Source: an archaeon GW2011_AR10 (GTDB taxonomy: Archaea > Iainarchaeota > Iainarchaeia > Iainarchaeales > GW2011-AR10). From it: a stretch of DNA of 32,000 nucleotides. Position 1 is the first letter of the stretch. Each line of letters begins with the position of its first letter. The notes below the pieces were generated by a model. The model saw only the letters and a list, made by a program, of their open reading frames with translations, did not search any database and was not told the origin of the DNA. Location of the stretch: NCBI GenBank assembly GCA_000830275.1, contig CP010424.1, positions 930,001-962,000 on the forward strand, written 5' to 3'. Positions 23,668 to 31,188 of the stretch are shown piece after piece. The position numbers and the translations under genes were made by a program.

Positions 23668-24781
23668 AGTTGTTGCTCCTGGAAAGCTTATGCTAAGCGG
23701 AGAGTGGTCAGTGCTGGAATTGGGAAACCCCTGCATTGTTATTGCATTGAATAAGAATGTTGAGGTTGAAGCAAAAGAAGCAAAAGGAATTGAGATAAGC
23801 TCGCCGGGATTTGGGATTAAAAATGTTAAGGCAAAATTTTTGGATGGAAAGCTGCTGTATGAAAGCAGGGTAAGCGGGGAACAAGAAAAGTTCCTAGTTT
23901 TTGTGAAAAACTCAATTGAAACAGCACTGAAATACCTGCAGGAGAAAGGCAAGAAACCGAAAGGGTTCAATCTTTCCACCAAATCAGATGAAACAGTGGC
24001 AAAAACAAAACAAGGAAGACAAAAAATAGGTTTTGGGTCAAGCGCGGCAGTTACGGTTGCAACAATTGCGGCAGTGATTAAACTGCACGGAAACGGAATT
24101 GAAAGCAAGAAGGAAAAAGAGAGCATATTCAAGCTTGCCTGTATTGCACACTTTTTAGGACAGGGAAAGGTTGGCAGCAGCTTTGACGTTGCAGCCTCTA
24201 CTTTTGGGGGGCTGCTGAAATACACTAAATTTGACGCAAAATGGCTTGAAAAAGAGCTTGCGGGAAAAAGCATTGCAGAAACGGTTGAAGAGGAATGGCC
24301 TTCACTAAGCTTTGAAACCATGCCAGTGCCAAAAAACTTCTGCTTTGTAGTGGGCTTCAGCGGAAAAAGCGCTTCAACCAAGGAGCTTGTGGAAAAAATG
24401 AAGGCATTCAAGGAAAACGACAAGGAAAGTTATCAAAAAATAATGAATTCAATAAAAGGGGTAACGGAGCAGATGGCAAACGCAATCAAGAAAAATGATT
24501 CGCAAAAAGTGATGCAGTTGGTTCACGAAAACAGAAAACTGCTGAAAGAACTTGCGCAGAATTCAGGAAATGATTTGGAAACAAAAGAGCTGACTGAAAT
24601 AATTGAAACAGCAAATAATGCAGGCGGGGCAGCAAAATTCTCTGGTGCAGGCGGGGGGGACTGCGCAATTGCGGTTTGCTTTGACAGGAAAATCCAGAAA
24701 AAAATCATGCAAGCATTAAAAGAAAAAAATATTACGCTGATTAAAGCGGAAATTTCATTGGAGGGAGTAAAGAAAATTTAA
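23660..24781 (+). CDS. mvaK2: Phosphomevalonate kinase, ERG8/MvaK2 (GHMP) type
   Basis: Motifs are VVAPGKLMLSGEWSVLELGNPCIV, the GHMP motif IGFGSSAAVTVATIAAV, and KFSGAGGGDCAIAV. Confidence 0.85.
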   Translation: MVKVVAPGKLMLSGEWSVLELGNPCIVIALNKNVEVEAKEAKGIEISSPGFGIKNVKAKFLDGKLLYESRVSGEQEKFLVFVKNSIETALKYLQEKGKKPKGFNLSTKSDETVAKTKQGRQKIGFGSSAAVTVATIAAVIKLHGNGIESKKEKESIFKLACIAHFLGQGKVGSSFDVAASTFGGLLKYTKFDAKWLEKELAGKSIAETVEEEWPSLSFETMPVPKNFCFVVGFSGKSASTKELVEKMKAFKENDKESYQKIMNSIKGVTEQMANAIKKNDSQKVMQLVHENRKLLKELAQNSGNDLETKELTEIIETANNAGGAAKFSGAGGGDCAIAVCFDRKIQKKIMQALKEKNITLIKAEISLEGVKKI

Positions 24782-25329
24782 CGCAAAAAATCAGGTGCCT
24801 GTTTCTTTAACTCTTCAAGTGCAACAATCAGCCAAGGGGTGAATTTGTTTTTGTCTTTTTTAACGTCTTTTTCCAGTGCATCTAATTTCTGCCACTTAAA
24901 ATCTTTTACTGCTTTCCTATCAGGCTTCACTTTCCCATTAAATTCTCCTGCAAGCAATGCACAGTACTCGTTCTCGCAGTGCTCTCCGTATTTCGCGAAA
25001 TAATTGTAGCCGAAAAGCGTTTCCAGTTTAACATCAAAACCGAATTCTGCCTTCAGGCAGCGGGAACCGGCTTCCTGGTATGATTCGTCCCTTTCTTTCA
25101 GGTGCAGCGGGTGGCTAGCAGCAGTCAAATCCCAGAAATTATCCCACAGCTTGTGCTTTCTCAGCTGGAGCAGAATTTCTTTTTTTTTGTTGTAAACGAT
25201 TATTGCGAATGCGCGGTGATGGATTCCTTTCCCGAAATGGCATTTTTCCCGCGGAGCGTACTGCCCGGAAAACTTGTCATTTTCATCAACCAACAAAAGC
25301 AACTGGTCTTGCATTACAGGCACCACCAA
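24778..25329 (-). CDS. Isopentenyl-diphosphate isomerase type 1-like Nudix-fold protein; the catalytic Cys position is occupied by Ala
   Basis: KCHFGKGIHHRAFAIIVYN...LWDNFWDLTAASHPLHL...HCENEYCALL aligns without gaps to the E. coli Idi segment AWPGVWTNSVCGHP and the yeast segment WTNTCCSHPL. The metal ligands (H31, H38, H73, ENE) are present. The residue equivalent to E. coli C67 is A71 (GCT, nt 25117-25119). The gene converges on PMK with a 4-nt overlap. Confidence 0.75.
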   Translation of the reverse strand: MVVPVMQDQLLLLVDENDKFSGQYAPREKCHFGKGIHHRAFAIIVYNKKKEILLQLRKHKLWDNFWDLTAASHPLHLKERDESYQEAGSRCLKAEFGFDVKLETLFGYNYFAKYGEHCENEYCALLAGEFNGKVKPDRKAVKDFKWQKLDALEKDVKKDKNKFTPWLIVALEELKKQAPDFLR

Positions 25330-25368
25330 AACACTGATTAAAAATCAAAAATGCAGAACAAATAAAAA

Positions 25369-25863
25369 CTATTGCTTCTCTGGAAAATCAATCCAGCCGC
25401 CATCCCTGACTATAATTTTTAATTCATGTTCTCTTTGTTTAAATTTTTTAAAAATCGCCATTACGCCCTTATGCTCCCCTGCCCCGATTCTGACGCTTTT
25501 TATCTCTGGAACTGCTCTGGCATATTCAAGGAACCCTTCCAATGCCTCGGTTGCTAGGCCCTTCCCCCCAAAACCCTGCTCAGCTGCAACAGAAAACATG
25601 TGCAGCGCATTTCCGTGCCTCTGAAAGAAAACATGAACAGCGACTTTGCCGTTCTTTTCAAACAGCAAGCCATCATATTTTAAACCACGCAATAATCTGA
25701 GAATGATTGATCCTGGCAACCGGCGAATAAAACGGGTTTTTTTGTAAAACTTTCCCTTTGGGTTGGCATTTTTAACCCAACTCGCCACATAATCCTTAAC
25801 AAGCTTAGATTTATTGCCCTTAAGAGATTTACTAACAACTAATGGCTTTGGAAAAGAACGCAT
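25369..25863 (-). CDS. GNAT-family N-acetyltransferase (164 aa from ATG 25863; the track ORF starts at 25911)
   Basis: Acetyl-CoA motif A is HMFSVAAEQGFGGKGLATEALEGFLEYA. ATG 25863 lies 4 nt after the upstream wHTH stop, whereas the 25911 start would overlap that gene by 44 nt. Confidence 0.75.
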   Translation of the reverse strand: MRSFPKPLVVSKSLKGNKSKLVKDYVASWVKNANPKGKFYKKTRFIRRLPGSIILRLLRGLKYDGLLFEKNGKVAVHVFFQRHGNALHMFSVAAEQGFGGKGLATEALEGFLEYARAVPEIKSVRIGAGEHKGVMAIFKKFKQREHELKIIVRDGGWIDFPEKQ

Positions 25864-25867
25864 GAAC

Positions 25868-26281
25868 TCACTGCCTATAAGTATGCGAGAGCCTGTCAAG
25901 CACTGACTCAATATCTGCCAAAGATTTGTTGATGGATGAAGTTACGTTATGGTTGAAACCTGCTTTCAGGTCGTGCTTTTCAGCGTAAGGCGAATGGGCA
26001 AAAAAGTACTTGAGCTTTTTGCGCTGCAAAAAACCAGCATCAATTAACCTTTTCAGGTGATATCGTAAAAGCTTGTCGGAAACCGGCTTGCTCTGCTGCT
26101 GCAGAAATTCAAGTATTTCATTAGTTGAAGGCTGTTTTTTTGCAAAATGAAAGAAAAAAAGCGCATCTAATACATCCAGTATAGTGCTTCTTGACTCCTT
26201 CTCGCTTATCAGGCCGAATGAAAGCGCAAACCAACGCAGCATGGCACGCTTTGTAAGCTGAATGTTGGGAGGCAAATCCAT
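25868..26281 (-). CDS. Probable winged-helix DNA-binding protein, 137 aa
   Basis: TILDVLDALFFFHFAKKQPSTNEILEFLQQQSKPVSDKLLRYHLKRLIDAGFLQRKK has an ArsR/MarR-like helix-turn-helix plus wing pattern. A TATA-like CTTATTAGG on the minus strand lies about 25-34 nt upstream of the ATG. Confidence 0.5.
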   Translation of the reverse strand: MDLPPNIQLTKRAMLRWFALSFGLISEKESRSTILDVLDALFFFHFAKKQPSTNEILEFLQQQSKPVSDKLLRYHLKRLIDAGFLQRKKLKYFFAHSPYAEKHDLKAGFNHNVTSSINKSLADIESVLDRLSHTYRQ

Positions 26282-26506
26282 TGCCCTGATGGTGAAAGTC
26301 TGCCTAATAAGCTCTGATTCCGGGAATTCCTGCGCCAGAAAAAACCACTGCTCCTTCTACATAACAATTTTTCACTAAAAAACTTTTTCCCTTTCTAATA
26401 ATTTATTCCAAACACCTATTTAAAGTTATGCAGCGCACTAAAGTGGCTGGCGGGCAACAAAAAAGCTTTTAATTCGTTGCAAAAGATAGTTTACTAGGGG
26501 GTCTTT

Positions 26507-26863
26507 ATGTATTCCGTTAACACAACGTTTTTTCCTTTCAGGCTTTCACTGCGCGACAGAAAACCAGTGCAGTTGAAAGTAGAGCTAATAAACCGCAACC
26601 AGCAAGAAAAAATGGTTTCATTGGAGTTGCTTCTTTCAAGGCAGCTTGCACTCGACAAAAGCGGGCTGAAAGCAACAGCAATGCACAGAATCACTTCATT
26701 CAAGCCAAACGAGAGAAAAGAATTCTTTTTCGAGATTTTCCCAAAGCAGTTCGCAGAGCACGGAACCTATCCTGTGAGGGTAAAAGTACTGCAGCACTAC
26801 CAAAACTTTGATTTAGTGGAAAGAGAGTTCACTAAAAACCTTGAGCTGACAGTGCAGGACTAA
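26507..26863 (+). CDS. Hypothetical protein, 118 aa, with a beta-sandwich-like pattern and no signal peptide
   Basis: AGGGGG lies 7 nt upstream of the ATG. Alternating hydrophobic strands (VQLKVELINRN...VSLELLLS...FFFEIFP...GTYPVRVKVL) resemble CARDB-like single domains. The gene is convergent with the large surface-protein gene. Confidence 0.55.
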   Translation: MYSVNTTFFPFRLSLRDRKPVQLKVELINRNQQEKMVSLELLLSRQLALDKSGLKATAMHRITSFKPNERKEFFFEIFPKQFAEHGTYPVRVKVLQHYQNFDLVEREFTKNLELTVQD

Positions 26864-26864
26864 A

Positions 26865-29800
26865 TCATTTCCTTGAAATGATTGCAAGCACCACCAAAGC
26901 AATCAGCGGAACCAGCAAAACACTGGTTTCAGGAATTGCGGTTGCATTGCTGCTGACAATGGTTGCGCGCACTGAAACCCTGTTGTTTGAAAGCACTGTT
27001 TCTGCCGGAGCAGGGTCAACAATTGCAATAACCTTGTACTTTTCTTCGGGAGCAGCCCAACTAATTGGAACGTCGGAAAAACCACCTGCAGCAATTGGAA
27101 CGGAACCAGTGCTAATGAAACCAAGAATGGCTTCCTCAGTTATTGCATCAACAAGCTTAACAGTGTAATTGGCTGTTTCAGTAGAAGAGGAAACGTTCGC
27201 AATTGTTGTGGTGCCAGTGATTGGAACCCCGACAAAAGTGTTAGTTGGATTCGAAGGATCCGGATAAAAAAGCAGCACGTCAACAACCCAAACATCAGCA
27301 GAGGGGCCTGCAGCAGGGTTGACTGTTACCACTGCCTCATCAAACACAGTTGCTGCATCATCATCAGTTGCAGTTAACCTGAAAGTTGCAGTGCCTGTAC
27401 TGGTACAAGAAATTTGCAAGTCATTGGCCGCATTTGCAGTCCCAATTCCGGAAGGCGTCTGGGAACTGAATGAACAATTCGCGGGATTGCTTACAATTGA
27501 CCATTCAAGCGAAGCAATTGTTCCATCAGTATCATTAGCAGAACCGTTCAAAGTAATTGCAGGGGCACCAACAGTTGTTGTTTTGTCAGGGCCTGCATTA
27601 ACTGTTGGAACATTATTGGCTGAAGGAGTAACAACAATTGTATCTGTATTGCACGCATTGCCAAATATGCCAGGGGAAGTTCCTGCCATCCTCCAGTAAA
27701 AATGATAGGTGCCTGCAGCAGATGGCGCAGTAATAGTAAAACTAAAAGTTACAGGGTCACCGGAGTCAACAGGCGATGGCAATGGAACTGTTAAGTTATT
27801 CCAATTATTAGGAGCATGAGGGCTTCCAATTGGATCATAATAATCAACATAGCGAAGCCAAAAATTGCTTGCAGGGCTCCAGTTGTTAGCACCAGTATTT
27901 CTCATGGTAACATAAACAGCGGCAGTTGAACCTGCAACCATTGTTGAGGGAACACTTGTTGAAACGCAATCAGCATCATAGCCCGGAGAAGTTGTAACAG
28001 TTGCACTGCAAGAGAAAGGAGTGGAGGCACTAACATCCAACTGCGAGCTTCCAATAGTTGAGTTGGCAGTGAACATAACAATTGGAACACCACCAGCAGG
28101 AGAAGTATAAGTGTTTCCGGAAGGAGGGTTGCCCAAGTCACCGTTATCGGTGCCGTTAATTTGCCAAGTAAGCTGTGGGCAGCTAATTTCTGCACCAAAA
28201 GAAGGCACAGGGGAGGAATAGCAAAAAGCAGTAAAATCCTCAGAATCGCCTGCTCCAACAAGACTGGATGAGGAAGGCAAAAGCGCGCAGCTCTGCGGGG
28301 TTGGCACTGCATTAATAGTAATGCTTATTGAATCGCTTCCAGATGCGCCAAGCTCATCGGTTGCGATTAAAGTAATTGTGTGGGTGCCAAGTGACTGCAC
28401 TTCGCTTGGAGCAACAAACAACGCATTTGGGCCGAATGTTCCGTCAATGCTGGAACTCCAAATTGAATTGAATGATTGGCCCTCAGGATCAGTTACTGTT
28501 CCACTGAAAGTAATTGGCAAATTTGCTGTTGTGAAAACAGCTCCATCATTAGGCTGGTCAATTGAAACATCAGGAGGATCATTCGGAATTTCACTAACAT
28601 TAATTGTAACGGTTGCATTGTCTGTTTGGTTTCCATTGTCTCTGGCCCTTAAAGTGCAGGTTGCGCTGCCTGTCCAGTCAGCTGCTGGAGTGTAGCGCAG
28701 AACCTGTGAACCTGCATTAATCTGGCAGCGAACTTGGCTTGGGTTCTGTGAAACAACACTGAATACAATGGTTGATTTGTTGATTGCATCATCAGTTACG
28801 TGAGAAAGAAGGTTCTCTGTTGCTTCCGGAGCATTTTTTTGCGCGAACAAAGAAAAATCAGCAAAATCCGGGGCCCTATTATCAACATTAATTGTAACAT
28901 TTTTTGCGTCCTGCAAACCTAGTTCATCTGTTACGCGAACCCTGCAAGTCGCATTTGCACTATTTGCGTTTGGCCAGTCATCAGCAGGTTTATGCCTTAA
29001 ATCATGGCCACTGATTTCACAGTCAACCTGGTTAACGTTTTCATTCAAGAGCTCGTAGGTTAAGGAGGCATTGCAAATACCGCTGCTGCACAATTCATCT
29101 GCAACCCACTGATCCAAATTCGTTGACTGCCAACCGGAATTCATGTTAATGTTAATTGTTTGGGGGCTGAGAACAGGAGGGTCATTGCAAACAGGGGTTC
29201 CTCCGGAAGCATCACAGCGGCCAGTTCCGCAATTCTCCAATACGCCTTCATCAGTGCAGGCCTCTGAAAAGCAAGCTGGGCCACCGCCTCTTGAATCGCA
29301 GCCCCTGCAGGTGCCATCTCTTGAACGGAAAATCTGGCTAGGGCTTCCTGGCTTACAGTAGGGGGCACCCCAATCACCATAAGTGTTTGCACCGCAATCA
29401 GTTGTTCTTTCCCTGTAATTGCAGGAATTCTGCAGAACCAAATCGCCGCTTATGCAAACAAGGCTTGTTCCTGCTGTTGCGCCACAAGATGAAACGCAAG
29501 TGCTGCCGCTTCTAACAAGCCCGCCAGTGGAGTCATTGGTTATGCTCCAATTAACCGAGTCACCGCTGACTGAGGCTGAAACAGATTCATTGAAACCGGT
29601 GTTGCAGTAATCACCATAGTTTCCTGGCAGGGTTGCAGGAGCACCGCAAGTAACATCACCGCTTCCACTCCAGTTCGGAACGCTTCCGCAACTGTACTGA
29701 TACCTGCAAAAATCATTTGGAGTAATAATTCTGCAGCGCTCCCAAACTGCCCTGTTAGGCCGGCTGGATTCAACGCGAAAATTGCTTAACTCAATGCAGG

Positions 29801-30185
29801 TGCTGCCAAAATTCGGGCAGTACTCCCATGCAGACAAAGGCTTGATGCTGCTTGAGTCTCCTGTAATGGAATTGGAAAAGAGACCGCTGTATGAGGCGGG
29901 TGAAGAAATGACATCAGCGTACTTCCAGAAAACAGTGTTGCCTGAAATGCCGAACTGGATTGAGTCAAGGCCGCTTGGCCCATCAGCAACTTGGGTTAGT
30001 CTCTGCCCATTGCACTGAAAATAGCAATTGCTTCCAACATCTACTCGCTGGCAAAGCGCATCATCCCTTGTTAGGCCCGTACTGCCAGTCCACCAAGTGC
30101 AGGAAGCCGCTGAAGCAAAAGAAAAAAGCGCAACTGCTGCCAGAAAAAAAACCAAATATTTGAATTGAAAACGTTTTGCAATCAT
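26865..30185 (-). CDS. Large secreted surface/adhesin-like protein, 1106 aa. It has a signal peptide, a Cys-rich N-terminal region, cadherin/PKD/Ig-like and CARDB-like repeats, and a C-terminal TM anchor
   Basis: The signal peptide is MIAKRFQFKYLVFFLAAVALFSFASA|AS. By my count there are 24 Cys in the first 335 or so residues. A PKD-like segment reads PTVNAGPDKTTTVGAPAITLNGSANDTDGTIASLEWS. An NBR1-Ig-like segment reads VPSTMVAGSTAAVYVTMRNTGANNWSP. The C-terminus is AIPETSVLLVPLIALVVLAIISRK. Confidence 0.85.
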   Translation of the reverse strand: MIAKRFQFKYLVFFLAAVALFSFASAASCTWWTGSTGLTRDDALCQRVDVGSNCYFQCNGQRLTQVADGPSGLDSIQFGISGNTVFWKYADVISSPASYSGLFSNSITGDSSSIKPLSAWEYCPNFGSTCIELSNFRVESSRPNRAVWERCRIITPNDFCRYQYSCGSVPNWSGSGDVTCGAPATLPGNYGDYCNTGFNESVSASVSGDSVNWSITNDSTGGLVRSGSTCVSSCGATAGTSLVCISGDLVLQNSCNYRERTTDCGANTYGDWGAPYCKPGSPSQIFRSRDGTCRGCDSRGGGPACFSEACTDEGVLENCGTGRCDASGGTPVCNDPPVLSPQTININMNSGWQSTNLDQWVADELCSSGICNASLTYELLNENVNQVDCEISGHDLRHKPADDWPNANSANATCRVRVTDELGLQDAKNVTINVDNRAPDFADFSLFAQKNAPEATENLLSHVTDDAINKSTIVFSVVSQNPSQVRCQINAGSQVLRYTPAADWTGSATCTLRARDNGNQTDNATVTINVSEIPNDPPDVSIDQPNDGAVFTTANLPITFSGTVTDPEGQSFNSIWSSSIDGTFGPNALFVAPSEVQSLGTHTITLIATDELGASGSDSISITINAVPTPQSCALLPSSSSLVGAGDSEDFTAFCYSSPVPSFGAEISCPQLTWQINGTDNGDLGNPPSGNTYTSPAGGVPIVMFTANSTIGSSQLDVSASTPFSCSATVTTSPGYDADCVSTSVPSTMVAGSTAAVYVTMRNTGANNWSPASNFWLRYVDYYDPIGSPHAPNNWNNLTVPLPSPVDSGDPVTFSFTITAPSAAGTYHFYWRMAGTSPGIFGNACNTDTIVVTPSANNVPTVNAGPDKTTTVGAPAITLNGSANDTDGTIASLEWSIVSNPANCSFSSQTPSGIGTANAANDLQISCTSTGTATFRLTATDDDAATVFDEAVVTVNPAAGPSADVWVVDVLLFYPDPSNPTNTFVGVPITGTTTIANVSSSTETANYTVKLVDAITEEAILGFISTGSVPIAAGGFSDVPISWAAPEEKYKVIAIVDPAPAETVLSNNRVSVRATIVSSNATAIPETSVLLVPLIALVVLAIISRK

Positions 30186-30209
30186 TTCAATAAAAATAAC
30201 GTTATCTGA

Positions 30210-30217
30210 TTAATAAA
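30210..30217 (-). promoter_or_regulatory. TATA box (TTTATTAA on the minus strand) for the surface-protein gene
   Basis: Centred about 28 nt upstream of ATG 30185. A 10-bp palindrome, ATAACGTTAT (30196-30205), sits between the TATA box and the ATG. Confidence 0.45.
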
Positions 30218-30227
30218 CTTAATTGGC

Positions 30228-30347
30228 TCATTTGCCCTGCGATGCTTGCTTCTTTTTCTCGAGCTCGTGGTTCATTTCATGGGCTTTAAGGTTTGGCTCT
30301 TGCACCATTTCACCGCACTGAACGCATTTCCTTGATTTGATTTCCAT
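30228..30347 (-). CDS. 39-aa C2H2-type zinc-finger micro-protein (MEIKSRKCVQCGEMVQEPNLKAHEMNHELEKKKQASQGK)
   Basis: Hand-translated; it falls below the track cutoff. The motif is C8-x2-C11-x11-H23-x3-H27, with hydrophobic M14 and L20 at the classical positions. ATTTAAAT (30371-30378) is centred about 28 nt upstream of the ATG. Confidence 0.5.
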   Translation of the reverse strand: MEIKSRKCVQCGEMVQEPNLKAHEMNHELEKKKQASQGK

Positions 30348-30450
30348 AAAAAGAAATCGCCGAGAAAAGAATTTAAATCAAGGGTTTTCAAACCAGTTTA
30401 TCCGCAAAGCCTTGGAACCTGAACAAATTTAAAGCAGCGGAATTCGTTAG

Positions 30451-30460
30451 ATTTAAAATA
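30451..30460 (+). promoter_or_regulatory. TATA box (ATTTAAAATA) for the 30487 gene
   Basis: Centred about 31 nt upstream of ATG 30487. Confidence 0.5.
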
Positions 30461-30486
30461 AAATCAACCAATAGAATAGTGGCAAT

Positions 30487-30837
30487 ATGTCGGCTGAAAA
30501 GAAGTTTGGCTCGAAGACGCACTACATAGCTATAATAGTGGTAGGGGCAGCGGTTTTCATTGCATTTAACCTTTACTCTTCCCAGGCAATGAGCGAGGAA
30601 GAAAAATCTGTGGAAACAGTAAAGCAGTTTCTTTCCAACCATGGTTTAATGCAGGAAAAAATGCAGGCAGTGGAAGGTTGGCTTGCAAAAAAATACAGGA
30701 ACGGCTATTATCGCGTTAGGTTTTCAGAAGAGGGCCCCACCGACCCGCAAGGACTAATATTTGAGGTAGACATAAACACAGAGGAAGTCAAGCCAGTGAA
30801 TGAGCCTGCAAAAGAATTAGTGGAATTAAGTGAATAA
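30487..30837 (+). CDS. Membrane-anchored small protein with a PepSY-like ectodomain pattern, 116 aa
   Basis: One TM segment, YIAIIVVGAAVFIAFNLY, followed by GYYRVRFSEEGPTDPQGLIFEVDINTEEVKPV, which resembles PepSY strands. Confidence 0.55.
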   Translation: MSAEKKFGSKTHYIAIIVVGAAVFIAFNLYSSQAMSEEEKSVETVKQFLSNHGLMQEKMQAVEGWLAKKYRNGYYRVRFSEEGPTDPQGLIFEVDINTEEVKPVNEPAKELVELSE

Positions 30838-30854
30838 CCATTAGGGCTTGAACT

Positions 30855-31055
30855 CTATTTTGGTTTGCTGAACAAAAGTTCCACTTCAGCTGAGCCTCTC
30901 GGGTTGACTCTTGCATTAAGGTGCTTCTTGAACTCATTTGATGGATCCTGCTTCAGTAGCTGGGCAGCAGACCACTTTAACGCGTTCTCTGTTTCAGTTG
31001 GAGAACCCCAGTTAATGTCCCTTGACCTAACAGCAGGAATGTTTAACTCCAACAC
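30855..31055 (-). CDS. Weak 66-aa ORF with a GTG start; possibly a small protein or a gene remnant
   Basis: It is the only sizeable ORF in a 320-nt gap. It has no ATG start, no SD, and no family I recognise. Confidence 0.25.
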   Translation of the reverse strand: MLELNIPAVRSRDINWGSPTETENALKWSAAQLLKQDPSNEFKKHLNARVNPRGSAEVELLFSKPK

Positions 31056-31146
31056 CTGAAGCTCCGCGTGGGTTAGCTTGAATTTTTTGCCGAAAAGAAG
31101 CAGGTTGGCTTAGTTTTTTGCAGAAGAAATAAATACTTCCTGAAAC

Positions 31147-31188
31147 TTTATTCATCAATGAGGAGAATTTATTCATCAATGAGGAGAA
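31147..31188. repeat. Perfect 21-bp tandem duplication, TTTATTCATCAATGAGGAGAA x2, with a third degenerate copy at 31207-31226
   Basis: 31147-31167 is identical to 31168-31188. TTTCATCAATGAGAAGAAGG follows at 31207-31226. Each copy carries an in-frame ATG. Confidence 0.9.

Noticed and set aside
23656-24423. 255-aa minus-strand ORF antisense to phosphomevalonate kinase
   Set aside because: It is a shadow ORF. The plus-strand frame carries unambiguous GHMP motifs, and the antisense translation is S/F/L-rich with no motifs.
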